The notes beneath the pieces were generated by a model. The model had not been told where the DNA came from. It did not search any database and saw only the letters and a program-made list of their open reading frames with translations. From Lytechinus pictus (Eukaryota): a DNA stretch of 64,000 bases. Made by a program: the position numbers and the translations under genes. The stretch spans positions 36,210,001 through 36,274,000 of the forward strand of contig NC_087251.1 of NCBI RefSeq assembly GCF_037042905.1, given 5' to 3'. Below, piece after piece: positions 15,001-29,454 of this stretch. Each line of letters begins with the position of its first letter. Position 1 is the stretch's first letter.

Positions 15001-18000
15001 TCAATATTTCCCCCGAAACCCCCCTAAATCAGCCGTCTTCGCTCCCTGGGATGTTTTAGCATCCTAACCGATTATTACAGCGAGAATCAAGAGGATCCAG
15101 GGAGTTTGAATTTTCGACCACATTGCCCCACCCGCGACATGGAAAATTGGGCAAAATTGGCTAAAATTGAGCAAAATAATAATTGTTCAATATTTCCCCC
15201 GAAACATCCCCAAATCAGCCGTCTTCGCTCCCTGGGATGTTTTAGCATCCTAACCGATTATTACAGCGAGAATCAAGAGAATCAAGAGAATCAAGAGGAT
15301 CCAGGGAGTTTGAATTTTCGACCCCCTCGCCCCACCCGCGACATGGAAGATTGGGCAAAATTGGCCAAAATTGAGCAAAATAATATTTGTTCAATATTTC
15401 CCCCGAAACCCCCCCAAATCAGCCGTCTTCGCTCCCTGGGATGTTTTAGCATCCTAACCGATTATTACAGCGAGAATCAAGAGGATCCAGGGAGTTTGAA
15501 TTTTCGACCACATTGCCCCACCCGCGACATGGAAAATTGGGCAAAATTGGCTAAAATTGAGCAAAATAATAATTGTTCAATATTTCCCCCGAAACCCCCC
15601 CAAATCAGCCGTCTTCGCTCCCTGGGATGCTTAAGCATCCTTACCGATTATTACAGCGAGAATCAAGAGAATCAAGAGGATCCAGGGAGTTTGAATTTTC
15701 GACCCCCTCGCCCCACCCGCGACATGGAAAATTGGGCAAAATTGGCCAAAATTGAGCAAAATAATATTTGTTCAATATTTCCCCCGAAACCCCCCCAAAT
15801 CAGCCGTCTTCGCTCCCTGGGATGTTTTAGCATCCTAACCGATTATTACAGCGAAAATCAAGAGAATCCAGGGAGTTTGAATTTTTGACCCCCTCGCCCC
15901 ATCCGCGACATGGAAAATTGGGCAAAATTGGCCAAAATTGAGCAAAATAATATTTGTTCAATATTTCCCCCGAAACCCCCCCAAATCAGCCGTCTTCGCT
16001 CCCTGGGATGTTTAAGCATCCTAACAGATTATTACAGCGAGAATCAAGAGGATCCAGGGAGTTTGAATTTTCGACCACATTGCCCCACCCGCGACATGGA
16101 AAATTGGGCAAAATTGGCTAAAATTGAGCAAAATAATAATTGTTCAATATTTCCCCCGAAACCCCCCCAAATCAGCCGTCTTCGCTCCCTGGGATGCTTA
16201 AGCATCCTAAGTGATTATTACAGTGAGAATCAAGAGAATCAAGAGGATCCAGGGAGTTTGAATTTTCGACCCCCTCGCCCCACCCGCGACATGGAAAAAT
16301 TGGGCAAAATTGGCCAAAATTGAGCAAAATAATATTTGTTCAATATTTCCCCCGAAACCCCCCCAAATCAGCCGTCTTCGCTCCCTGGAATGTTTTAGCA
16401 TCCTAACCGATTATTACAGCGAGAATCAAGAGGATCCAGGGAGTTTGAATTTTCGACCACATTGCCCCACCCGCGACATGGAAAATTGGGTAAAATTGGC
16501 TAAAATTGAGCAAAATAATAATTGTTCAATATTTCCCCCGAAACCCCCCCAAATCAGCCGTCTTCGCTCCCTGGGATGTTTTAGCATCCTAACCGATTAT
16601 TACAGCGAGAATCAAGAGGATCCAGGGAGTTTGAATTTTCGACCCCCTCGCCCCAACCGCGACATGGAAAATTGGGCAAAATTGGCCAAAATTGAGCAAA
16701 ATAATATTTGTTCAATATTTCCTCCGAAACCCCCCCAAATCAGCCGTCTTCGCTCCCTGGAATGTTTTAGCATCCTAACCGATTATTACAGCGAGAATCA
16801 AGAGGATCCAGGGAGTTTGAATTTTCGACCACATTGCCCCACCCGCGACATGGAAAATTTGGCAAAATTGGCTAAAATTGAGCAAAATAATAATTGTTCA
16901 ATATTTCCCCCGAAACCCCCCTAAATCAGCCGTCTTCGCTCCCTGGGATGTTTTAGCATCCTAACCGATTATTACAGCGAGAATCAAGAGGATCCAGGGA
17001 GTTTGAATTTTCGACCACATTGCCCCACCCGCGACATGGAAAATTGGGCAAAATTGGCTAAAATTGAGCAAAATAATAATTGTTCAATATTTCCCCCGAA
17101 ACATCCCCAAATCAGCCGTCTTCGCTCCCTGGGATGTTTTAGCATCCTAACCGATTATTACAGCGAGAATCAAGAGAATCAAGAGGATCCAGGGAGTTTG
17201 AATTTTCGACCCCCTCGCCCCACCCGCGACATGGAAGATTGGGCAAAATTGGCCAAAATTGAGCAAAATAATATTTGTTCAATATTTCCCCCGAAACCCC
17301 CCCAAATCAGCCGTCTTCGCTCCCTGGGATGTTTTAGCATCCTAACCGATTATTACAGCGAGAATCAAGAGGATCCAGGGAGTTTGAATTTTCGACCACA
17401 TTGCCCCACCCGCGACATGGAAAATTGGGCAAAATTGGCTAAAATTGAGCAAAATAATAATTGTTCAATATTTCCCCCGAAACCCCCCCAAATCAGCCGT
17501 CTTCGCTCCCTGGGATGCTTAAGCATCCTTACCGATTATTACAGCGAGAATCAAGAGAATCAAGAGGATCCAGGGAGTTTGAATTTTCGACCCCCTCGCC
17601 CCACCCGCGACATGGAAAATTGGGCAAAATTGGCCAAAATTGAGCAAAATAATATTTGTTCAATATTTCCCCCGAAACCCCCCCAAATCAGCCGTCTTCG
17701 CTCCCTGGGATGTTTTAGCATCCTAACCGATTATTACAGCGAAAATCAAGAGAATCCAGGGAGTTTGAATTTTTGACCCCCTCGCCCCATCCGCGACATG
17801 GAAAATTGGGCAAAATTGGCCAAAATTGAGCAAAATAATATTTGTTCAATATTTCCCCCGAAACCCCCCCAAATCAGCCGTCTTCGCTCCCTGGGATGTT
17901 TAAGCATCCTAACCGATTATTACAGCGAGAATCAAGAGGATCCAGGGAGTTTGAATTTTCGACCACATTGCCCCACCCGCGACATGGAAAATTGGGCAAA

Positions 18001-21000
18001 ATTGGCTAAAATTGAGCAAAATAATAATTGTTCAATATTTCCCCCGAAACCCCCCCAAATCAGCCGTCTTCGCTCCCTGGGATGCTTAAGCATCCTAAGT
18101 GATTATTACAGCGAGAATCAAGAGAATCAAGAGGATCCAGGGAGTTTGAATTTTCGACCCCCTCGCCCCACCCGCGACATGGAAAAATTGGGCAAAATTG
18201 GCCAAAATTGAGCAAAATAATATTTGTTCAATATTTCCCCCGAAACCCCCCCAAATCAGCCGTCTTCGCTCCCTGGAATGTTTTAGCATCCTAACCGATT
18301 ATTACAGCGAGAATCAAGAGGATCCAGGGAGTTTGAATTTTCGACCACATTGCCCCACCCGCGACATGGAAAATTGGGTAAAATTGGCTAAAATTGAGCA
18401 AAATAATAATTGTTCAATATTTCCCCCGAAACCCCCCCAAATCAGCCGTCTTCGCTCCCTGGGATGTTTTAGCATCCTAACCGATTATTACAGCGAGAAT
18501 CAAGAGGATCCAGGGAGTTTGAATTTTCGACCACATTGCCCCACCCGCGACATGGAAAATTGGGCAAAATTGGCTAAAATTGAGCAAAATAATAATTGTT
18601 CAATATTTCCCCCGAAACCCCCCCAAATCAGCCGTCTTCGCTCCCTGGGATGCTTAAGCATCCTAAGTGATTATTACAGCGAGAATCAAGAGAATCAAGA
18701 GGATCCAGGGAGTTTGAATTTTCGACCCCCTCGCCCCACCCGCGACATGGAAAAATTGGGCAAAATTGGCCAAAATTGAGCAAAATAATATTTGTTCAAT
18801 ATTTCCCCCGAAACCCCCCCAAATCAGCCGTCTTCGCTCCCTGGAATGTTTTAGCATCCTAACCGATTATTACAGCGAGAATCAAGAGGATCCAGGGAGT
18901 TTGAATTTTCGACCACATTGCCCCACCCGCGACATGGAAAATTGGGTAAAATTGGCTAAAATTGAGCAAAATAATAATTGTTCAATATTTCCCCCGAAAC
19001 CCCCCCAAATCAGCCGTCTTCGCTCCCTGGGATGTTTTAGCATCCTAACCGATTATTACAGCGAGAATCAAGAGGATCCAGGGAGTTTGAATTTTCGACC
19101 ACATTGCCCCACCCGCGACATGGAAAATTGGGCAAAATTGGCTAAAATTGAGCAAAATAATAATTGTTCAATATTTCCCCCGAAACCCCCCCAAATCAGC
19201 CGTCTTCGCTCCCTGGGATGCTTAAGCATCCTAACAGATTATTACAGCGAGAATCAAAAAGAATCAAGAGGATCCAGGGAGTTTGAATTTTCGACCACAT
19301 TGCCCAACCCGCGACATGGAAAATTGGGTAAAATTGGCTAAAATTGAGCAAAATAATAATTGTTCAATATTTCCCCCGAAACCCCCCCAAATCAGCCGTC
19401 TTCGCTCCCTGGAATGTTTTAGCATCCTAACCGATTATTACAGCGAGAATCAAGAGGATCCAGGGAGTTTGAATTTTCGACCACATTGCCCAACCCGCGA
19501 CATGGAAAATTGGGTAAAATTGGCTAAAATTGAGCAAAATAATAATTGTTCAATATTTCCCCCGAAACCCCCCCAAATCAGCCGTCTTCGCTCCCTGGGA
19601 TGTTTTAGCATCCTAACCGATTATTACAGCGAGAATCAAGAGGATCCAGGGAGTTTGAATTTTCGACCACATTGCCCCACCCGCGACATGGAAAATTGGG
19701 CAAAATTGGCTAAAATTGAGCAAAATAATAATTGTTCAATATTTCCCCCGAAACCCCCCCAAATCAGCCGTCTTCGCTCCCTGGGATGCTTAAGCATCCT
19801 AACAGATTATTACAGCGAGAATCAAGTGAATCAAGAGGATCCAGGGAGTTTGAATTTTCGACCACATTGCCCCACCCGCGACATGGAAAATTGGGCAAAA
19901 TTGGCCAAAATTGAGCAAAATAATATTTGTTCAATATTTCCCCCGAAACCCCCCCAAATCAGCCGTCTTCGCTCCCTGGGATGTTTTAGCATCCTAACCG
20001 ATTATTACAGCGAGAATCAAGAGGATCCAGGGAGTTTGAATTTTCGACCACATTGCCCCACCCGCGACATGGAAAATTGGGCAAAATTGGCTAAAATTGA
20101 GCAAAATAATAATTGTTCAATATTTCCCCCGAAACCCCCCCAAATCAGCCGTCTTCGCTCCCTGGGATGCTTAAGCATCCTAAGTGATTATTACAGCGAG
20201 AATCAAGAGAATCAAGAGGATCCAGGGAGTTTGAATTTTCGACCCCCTCGCCCCACCCGCGACATGGAAAAATTGGGCAAAATTGGCCAAAATTGAGCAA
20301 AATAATATTTGTTCAATATTTCCCCCGAAACCCCCCCAAATCAGCCGTCTTTGCTCCCTGGAATGTTTTAGCATCCTAACCGATTATTACAGCGAGAATC
20401 AAGAGGATCCAGGGAGTTTGAATTTTCGACCACATTGCCCCACCCGCGACATGGAAAATTGGGTAAAATTGGCTAAAATTGAGCAAAATAATAATTGTTC
20501 AATATTTCCCCCGAAACCCCCCCAAATCAGCCGTCTTCGCTCCCTGGGATGTTTTAGCATCCTAACCGATTATTACAGCGAGAATCAAGAGGATCCAGGG
20601 AGTTTGAATTTTCGACCACATTGCCCCACCCGCGACATGGAAAATTGGGCAAAATTGGCTAAAATTGAGCAAAATAATAATTGTTCAATATTTCCCCCGA
20701 AACCCCCCCAAATCAGCAGTCTTCGCTCCCTGGGATGCTTAAGCATCCTAACCGATTATTACAGCGAGAATCAAGAGAATCAAGAGGATCCAGGGAGTTT
20801 GAATTTTCGACCCCCTCGCCCCACCAGCGACATGGAAAATTGGGCAAAATTGGCCAAAATTGAGCAAAATAATATTTGTTCAATATTTCCCCCGAAACCC
20901 CCCCAAATCAGCCGTCTTCGCTCCCTGGAATGTTTTAGCATCCTAACCGATTATTACAGCGAGAATCAAGAGGATCCAGGGAGTTTGAATTTTCGACCAC

Positions 21001-24000
21001 ATTGCCCCACCCGCGACATGGAAAATTGGGCAAAATTAGCTAAAATTGAGCAAATTAATAATTGTTCAATATTTCCCCCGAAACCCCCCCAAATCAGCCG
21101 TCTTCGCTCCCTGGGATGCTTAAGCATCCTAAGTGATTATTACAGCGAGAATCAAGAGAATCAAGAGGATCCAGGGAGTTTGAATTTTCGACCCCCTCGC
21201 CCCACCCGCGACATGGAAAAATTGGGCAAAATTGGCCAAAATTGAGCAAAATAATATTTGTTCAATATTTCCCCCGAAACCCCCCCAAATCAGCCGTCTT
21301 CGCTCCCTGGAATGTTTTAGCATCCTAACCGATTATTACAGCGAGAATCAAGAGGATCCAGGGAGTTTGAATTTTCGACCACATTGCCCCACCCGCGACA
21401 TGGAAAATTGGGTAAAATTGGCTAAAATTGAGCAAAATAATAATTGTTCAATATTTCCCCCGAAACCCCCCCAAATCAGCCGTCTTCGCTCCCTGGGATG
21501 TTTTAGCATCCTAACCGATTATTACAGCGAGAATCAAGAGGATCCAGGGAGTTTGAATTTTCGACCACATTGCCCCACCCGCGACATGGAAAATTGGGCA
21601 AAATTGGCTAAAATTGAGCAAAATAATAATTGTTCAATATTTCCCCCGAAACCCCCCCAAATCAGCCGTCTTCGCTCCCTGGGATGCTTAAGCATCCTAA
21701 GTGATTATTACAGCGAGAATCAAGAGAATCAAGAGGATCCAGGGAGTTTGAATTTTCGACCCCCTCGCCCCACCCGCGACATGGAAAAATTGGGCAAAAT
21801 TGGCCAAAATTGAGCAAAATAATATTTGTTCAATATTTCCCCCGAAACCCCCCCAAATCAGCCGTCTTCGCTCCCTGGGATGCTTAAGCATCCTAACAGA
21901 TTATTACAGCGAGAATCAAAAAGAATCAAGAGGATCCAGGGAGTTTGAATTTTCGACCACATTGCCCAACCCGCGACATGGAAAATTGGGTAAAATTGGC
22001 TAAAATTGAGCAAAATAATAATTGTTCAATATTTCCCCCGAAACCCCCCCAAATCAGCCGTCTTCGCTCCCTGGAATGTTTTAGCATCCTAACCGATTAT
22101 TACAGCGAGAATCAAGAGGATCCAGGGAGTTTGAATTTTCGACCACATTGCCCAACCCGCGACATGGAAAATTGGGTAAAATTGGCTAAAATTGAGCAAA
22201 ATAATAATTGTTCAATATTTCCCCCGAAACCCCCCCAAATCAGCCGTCTTCGCTCCCTGGGATGTTTTAGCATCCTAACCGATTATTACAGCGAGAATCA
22301 AGAGGATCCAGGGAGTTTGAATTTTCGACCACATTGCCCCACCCGCGACATGGAAAATTGGGCAAAATTGGCTAAAATTGAGCAAAATAATAATTGTTCA
22401 ATATTTCCCCCGAAACCCCCCCAAATCAGCCGTCTTCGCTCCCTGGGATGCTTAAGCATCCTAACAGATTATTACAGCGAGAATCAAGAGAATCAAGAGG
22501 ATCCAGGGAGTTTGAATTTTCGACCACATTGCCCCACCCGCGACATGGAAAATTGGGCAAAATTGGCCAAAATTGAGCAAAATAATATTTGTTCAATATT
22601 TCCCCCGAAACCCCCCCAAATCAGCCGTCTTCGCTCCCTGGGATGTTTTAGCATCCTAACCGATTATTACAGCGAGAATCAAGAGGATCCAGGGAGTTTG
22701 AATTTTCGACCACATTGCCCCACCCGCGACATGGAAAATTGGGCAAAATTGGCTAAAATTGAGCAAAATAATAATTGTTCAATATTTCCCCCGAAACCCC
22801 CCCAAATCAGCCGTCTTCGCTCCCTGGGATGCTTAAGCATCCTAAGTGATTATTACAGCGAGAATCAAGAGAATCAAGAGGATCCAGGGAGTTTGAATTT
22901 TCGACCCCCTCGCCCCACCCGCGACATGGAAAAATTGGGCAAAATTGGCCAAAATTGAGCAAAATAATATTTGTTCAATATTTCCCCCGAAACCCCCCCA
23001 AATCAGCCGTCTTTGCTCCCTGGAATGTTTTAGCATCCTAACCGATTATTACAGCGAGAATCAAGAGGATCCAGGGAGTTTGAATTTTCGACCACATTGC
23101 CCCACCCGCGACATGGAAAATTGGGTAAAATTGGCTAAAATTGAGCAAAATAATAATTGTTCAATATTTCCCCCGAAACCCCCCCAAATCAGCCGTCTTC
23201 GCTCCCTGGGATGTTTTAGCATCCTAACCGATTATTACAGCGAGAATCAAGAGGATCCAGGGAGTTTGAATTTTCGACCACATTGCCCCACCCGCGACAT
23301 GGAAAATTGGGCAAAATTGGCTAAAATTGAGCAAAATAATAATTGTTCAATATTTCCCCCGAAACCCCCCCAAATCAGCAGTCTTCGCTCCCTGGGATGC
23401 TTAAGCATCCTAACCGATTATTACAGCGAGAATCAAGAGAATCAAGAGGATCCAGGGAGTTTGAATTTTCGACCCCCTCGCCCCACCAGCGACATGGAAA
23501 ATTGGGCAAAATTGGCCAAAATTGAGCAAAATAATATTTGTTCAATATTTCCCCCGAAACCCCCCCAAATCAGCCGTCTTCGCTCCCTGGAATGTTTTAG
23601 CATCCTAACCGATTATTACAGCGAGAATCAAGAGGATCCAGGGAGTTTGAATTTTCGACCACATTGCCCCACCCGCGACATGGAAAATTGGGCAAAATTA
23701 GCTAAAATTGAGCAAATTAATAATTGTTCAATATTTCCCCCGAAACCCCCCCAAATCAGCCGTCTTCGCTCCCTGGGATGTTTTAGCACCCTAACCGATT
23801 ATTACAGCGAGAATCAAGAGGATCCAGGGAGTTTGAATTTTCGACCACATTGCCCCACCCGCGACATGGAAAATTGGGCAAAATTGGCTAAAATTGAGCA
23901 AAATAATAATTGTTCAATATTTCCCCCGAAACCCCCCCAAATCAGCCGTCTTCGCTCCCTGGGATGTTTTAGCATCTTAACCGATTATTACAGCGAGAAT

Positions 24001-26560
24001 CAAGAGAATCAAGAGGATCCAGGGAGTTTGAATTTTCGACCCCCTCGCCCCACCCGCGACATGGAAAATTGGGTAAAATTGGCTAAAATTGAGCAAAATA
24101 ATAATTGTTCAATATTTCCCCCGAAACCCCCCCAAATCAGCCGTCTTCGCTCCCTGGGATGTTTTAGCATCCTAACCGATTATTACAGCGAGAATCAAGA
24201 GGATCCAGGGAGTTTGAATTTTCGACCACATTGCCCCACCCGCGACATGGAAAATTGGGCAAAATTGGCTAAAATTGAGCAAAATAATAATTGTTCAATA
24301 TTTCCCCCGAAACCCCCCCAAATCAGCCGTCTTCGCTCCCTGGGATGCTTAAGCATCCTAACAGATTATTACAGCGAGAATCAAGAGAATCAAGAGGATC
24401 CAGGGAGTTTGAATTTTCGACCACATTGCCCCACCCGCGACATGGAAAATTGGGCAAAATTGGCTAAAATTGAGCAAAATAATAATTGTTCAATATTTCC
24501 CCCGAAACCCCCCCAAATCAGCCGTCTTCGCTTCCTGGGATGTTTTAGCATCCTAACCGATTATTACAGCGAGAATCAAGAGAATCAAGAGGATCCAGGG
24601 AGTTTGAATTTTCGACCCCCTCGCCCCACCCGCGACATGGAAAATTGGGCAAAATTGGCCAAAATTGAGCAAAATAATATTTGTTCAATATTTCCCCCGA
24701 AACCCCCCCAAATCAGCCGTCTTCGCTCCCTGGAATGTTTTAGCATCCTAACCGATTATTACAGCAAGAATCAAGAGGATCCAGGGAGTTTGAATTTTCG
24801 TCCCCATTGCCCCACCCGCGACATGGAAAATTGGGCAAAATTGGCCAAAATTGAGCAAAATAATAATTGTTCAATATTTCCCCCGAAACCCCCCCAAATC
24901 AGCCGTCTTCGCTCCCTGGGATGTTTTAGCATCCTAACCGATTATTACAGCGAGAATCAAGAGAATCAAGAGGATCCAGGGAGTTTGAATTTTCGACCCC
25001 CTCGCCCCACCCGCGACATGGAAAATTGGGCAAAATTGGCCAAAATTGAGCAAAATAATTTGCTCAATATTTCCCCCGAAACCCCCCCAAATCAGCCGTC
25101 TTCGCTCCCTGGGATGTTTTAGCATCTTAACCGATTATTACAGCGAGAATCAAGAGAATCAAGAGGATCCAGGGAGTTTGAATTTTCGACCCCCTCGCCC
25201 CACCCGCGACATGGAAAATTGGGTAAAATTGGCTAAAATTGAGCAAAATAATAATTGTTCAATATTTCCCCCGAAACCCCCCCAAATCAGCCGTCTTCGC
25301 TCCCTGGGATGTTTTAGCATCCTAACCGATTATTACAGCGAGAATCAAGAGGATCCAGGGAGTTTGAATTTTCGACCACATTGCCCCACCCGCGACATGG
25401 AAAATTGGGCAAAATTGGCTAAAATTGAGCAAAATAATAATTGTTCAATATTTCCCCCGAAACCCCCCCAAATCAGCCGTCTTCGCTCCCTGGGATGCTT
25501 AAGCATCCTAACAGATTATTACAGCGAGAATCAAGAGAATCAAGAGGATCCAGGGAGTTTGAATTTTCGACCACATTGCCCCACCCGCGACATGGAAAAT
25601 TGGGCAAAATTGGCTAAAATTGAGCAAAATAATAATTGTTCAATATTTCCCCCGAAACCCCCCCAAATCAGCCGTCTTCGCTTCCTGGGATGTTTTAGCA
25701 TCCTAACCGATTATTACAGCGAGAATCAAGAGAATCAAGAGGATCCAGGGAGTTTGAATTTTCGACCCCCTCGCCCCACCCGCGACATGGAAAATTGGGC
25801 AAAATTGGCCAAAATTGAGCAAAATAATATTTGTTCAATATTTCCCCCGAAACCCCCCCAAATCAGCCGTCTTCGCTCCCTGGAATGTTTTAGCATCCTA
25901 ACCGATTATTACAGCGAGAATCAAGAGGATCCAGGGAGTTTGAATTTTCGTCCCCATTGCCCCACCCGCGACATGGAAAATTGGGCAAAATTGGCCAAAA
26001 TTGAGCAAAATAATAATTGTTCAATATTTCCCCCGAAACCCCCCCAAATCAGCCGTCTTCGCTCCCTGGGATGTTTTAGCATCCTAACCGATTATTACAG
26101 CGAGAATCAAGAGAATCAAGAGGATCCAGGGAGTTTGAATTTTCGACCCCCTCGCCCCACCCGCGACATGGAAAATTGGGCAAAATTGGCCAAAATTGAG
26201 CAAAATAATTTGCTCAATATTTCCCCCGAAACCCCCCCAAATCAGCCGTCTTCGCTCCCTGGGATGTTTTAGCATCCTAACCGATTACTACAGCGAGAAT
26301 CATGAGGATCCAGGGAGTATGAATTTTTGACCCCCTCGCCCCACCCGCGACATGGAAAATTGGGCAAAATTTGCCAAAATTGAGCAAAATAATATTTGTT
26401 CAATATTTCCCCCGAAACCCCCCCAAATCAGCCGTCTTCACTCCCTGGAATGTTTTAGCATCCTAACCAATTATTACAGCGAGAATCAAGAGGATCCAGG
26501 GAGTTTGAATTTTTGACCCCCTCGCCCCACCCGCGACAAGGAAAATTGGGCAAAATTGGG
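1..26560. repeat. Satellite DNA array, 186-bp monomer (195/204-bp variants with extra GAGAATCAA units), about 140 copies, open at the left window edge
   Basis: Continuous tandem repeat; GAGGATCC recurs at 186-bp spacing (63, 249). Array ends abruptly at ...AAAATTGGGCGAATTTGCAT near 26560. Confidence 0.99.
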
Positions 26561-27357
26561 CGAATTTGCATATACCCCCGGCTTATTTGCATATACGGAT
26601 TACCGGCCGCACCGCATACCGACGCAACGGATCAATGCCCACCTATTGTTCTCGCGTTCGTGCGTACGGTCCTGGAGATTAGTATAAATAGAGTACGTTT
26701 TCAGATAATTTTCGTCACTTGATAAAGAGTTGCAGCGGCACTCGAAAGCTCGTGAACTTGTAAGCTAGTGAACACTTTTTGCGAGAGTGATCACGAATTT
26801 CCTAGAAAGCCAGTGAACACTTTTTGCGAGAGTGATCACAAATTTCCTTGTTGACCATAGTAGATTGCGAGACAAATGAATACCCTCTAGCGATTATTTC
26901 AATCCGCAATAATGAACCTATTTAGTAAAAATTCCTTGTTATAAAATGTAATTGAAGAGTTTTAATTTCTCTTGCAATCAATGGAGAATCATTACAGCGC
27001 TATGATTCCCTTTTTGAAGAAATGAAAAACAAAATAATTAAGTGCTTAAAAAGAAAAACAAGTCTGATTGCAATTAATATAGCGTATCCTGAAAGTGAAT
27101 TGGAATACACTTTGTCATTGGAATGCTCAAAATTTTTACCTGAAGAACAAAGAATACAAAACTTGTGGATTTCAAAGCACAAGCATTATATTTGCATGAA
27201 TTCAAATTCTAATTAAGTTAGGTTTTATTAAAATACCCAGCAAAGAGTCTGAAGAATACATTATATGAAAACCAGATACGATGAATGTACATAAAAATAG
27301 ATGACACACTAGTAATACTTCAAAAATATAAGAATATAAGAAAAAAATCAAACATAC

Positions 27358-27515
27358 CTGTGGCAGATATGACGGCTAGCTTGCAGCCATTCTTGAACCC
27401 TGGGTCTATTCCCAATATAACCCTGCCTTTGACCGGTGGTGTAAGTAGTAACCGATGGAGATTTTGGGTGAATACCTCAATGGACGCTTTCTCTGCAGTT
27501 TTGTTCAACTTGGAT
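27358..27515 (-). CDS. SRBD1: SRBD1 exon (start of YqgF/RNase H-like domain); last exon visible
   Basis: SKLNKTAEKASIEVFTQNLHRLLLTPPVKGRVILGIDPGFKNGCKLAVISAT; ends at donor G|GTATGT. Confidence 0.93.
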
Positions 27516-27664
27516 CTATTACAAATACAAATCAGGTAAATAAATGACGAGAATTAGATACAATAAACACATACATGTGTAAGCATTTGTAAACACAAAT
27601 GCTTACATAAATCATCATCATCATCATCATTACCATCATCATCACTATCATCAATATTCTTTAC

Positions 27665-27873
27665 CTGATCTCCCTCATGATCATCGGAGCCATAAGACGG
27701 TTATAGGAATCCTCTACTGAAATACAGATGATCCTAGCAGCATAGGAGTTTGGCTGTGTCTTGGAGCACCACTTAGTCTTGCACCAGTGCATGAATCTCT
27801 CGTTGAGTCTGTCCGGTAGACTAACCTTGACAGAGAGAGCTTTGAGCTCTTCTCCTCGGTTTATGGCCAAGAC
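27665..27873 (-). CDS. SRBD1: SRBD1 exon
   Basis: VLAINRGEELKALSVKV...EDSYNRLMAPMIMREI; AG/GT boundaries. Confidence 0.93.
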
Positions 27874-27904
27874 CTAGAAATTATTAAAATAGCATACTTT
27901 ATTG

Positions 27905-28045
27905 GGTGTTGTGGCTGGGAGGAGTCTGCAGAATTCAAATCTCAGGGCAGCACTCATGTCCTATTACAAGGCATTTATCTGCACTTGTCACTCAGGTGTA
28001 ATAAATGGGTACCTGGTAGGAAGAAATTGCTTGAATGCTTGAGCA
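27905..28045 (+). mobile_element. Degenerate SINE remnant
   Basis: Contains CAAGGCATTTATCTGCAC...CAGGTGTAATAAATGGGTACCTGGTAGG, resembling the conserved body of invertebrate tRNA-derived SINEs; recognised by eye. Confidence 0.4.
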
Positions 28046-28047
28046 CA

Positions 28048-28315
28048 GGTCTGTATTCTGAATTACATAGGTGTGGTTTAACTATGGATAGTCAATTGTG
28101 ACGCAATATATCTCTATGGTAAGGGTTTCATTAATCATATCATTTTACATCCATTCTCATTTGGGAATAATATCAGAATTAGTTTTCTTCACCTTTAAAG
28201 CATAAGGAAAAAGCACATTATACATGAGAAACATACAATGTATACCAAATCTTGACACTTTCGCTTTCCATAGTGTAAGCACAGCCATAGTCTTAAGTAT
28301 AACTGGATTTCACAG
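28048..28315. mobile_element. Degenerate copy of the MITE family seen at 58902-59212
   Basis: Colinear similarity (gtattctga...gtggtttaa.tatggatag.caattgt...ggaaa.agcaca...agaaaca.acaa). Confidence 0.55.
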
Positions 28316-29454
28316 GAGCATTTCCTCAAGATTTGTTGTTTGATGAGTTGTCAAATCTAACAAGTCTTCTTGAATTTGATTGGCCGAGCACTGTTACTAT
28401 AGTAACTGTCATATAAAATGGTCCCCAAAATGTGGGCCCCTGCATTCTGAACTGGGCCTATGCTAAGAGTTAATATAGCTTTATATTAAAAGCTTCAAAT
28501 TAAGACTCTTCATTTAAGACAAGTTTCTAAAGATATGGGGTCGATTGCACGAAAGGTTCATTGCAGGAAATGTATTTTTTGTTCACCATATGAGGCACAT
28601 TTTCAAAATTTATTACGAACTATTAAAATCATTTACCTCAATTTTTAATCAATTTTCATTTATTAACAATGTTTTTGTTCATTTGAAATGAATGGACAAA
28701 TAAAATAGGTATACAGGTCAAATTTATCAAAAGGATATCTCAAAGGGGCATCATGATAAATCGGTGACCCCAAAGATGGTCTTTGCAAAGACCCTTTCAT
28801 GCAATCAACTCTAAACAATAAACATAAAGTTACGCATGACTTTACGGCCAACTGGAACATGTTCTTAGGTGGTAAAGTCAGCTACCAAGGAAAATATCAT
28901 GAAGACATTATGTCAAACCCTCGTTGGGGAGACGACAGCAGTTCAGACCCTGAACTGCTGTTTTATATCCCCTTAACAAAAACCTTGCTAGAGGATCCAA
29001 GATATTTCATTCCCAAGTGCTATCAACCTTGAATCGCCCGATATTCCACATTTCTTTCACCTCCCCACGCTAGCCTGAGGGTTAGACCATAAACAACAGC
29101 TGTGATATTATGTAAGAGCAGCTCTGCCTGAAGTAGGCCTTTTGCAATTAAATTATTGTATTTGATATTTTATCAAGTTTTCAAAGGCATATTGTGTTTT
29201 GAAATCCAACGTCATTTTGTTTTCAATTTCGAACGAAAAAAATCGGAAATAAGGAAACTATTAAAGAGAAATAAAAATGACCGCATGCGCTGGCGAGCGA
29301 GTTTGTCACGTCGCGTATGTCCATGCTGTTAAGCTCTTTCGGACCAATTGAGGTCAAGAAACACATGTTTAGATACTTAAGTAACTGGCCCTGGGTGATT
29401 TTTCATGGTTCGAAATGGGGTTTGCCTTCTCCAACGATAGTTTTGCCTCATGGC

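Noticed and set aside
297..26275. Long repetitive ORFs (up to 1032 aa) in the satellite as a repeat-protein gene
   Set aside because: The monomer (186 bp, plus 9-bp steps) is a multiple of 3 with one stop-free frame, but stops and 1-2-bp frameshifts are frequent and are copied along with the duplications, so there is no sign of coding constraint.
1..26560. CRISPR-like array
   Set aside because: No unique spacers, no cas genes, and the context is eukaryotic.
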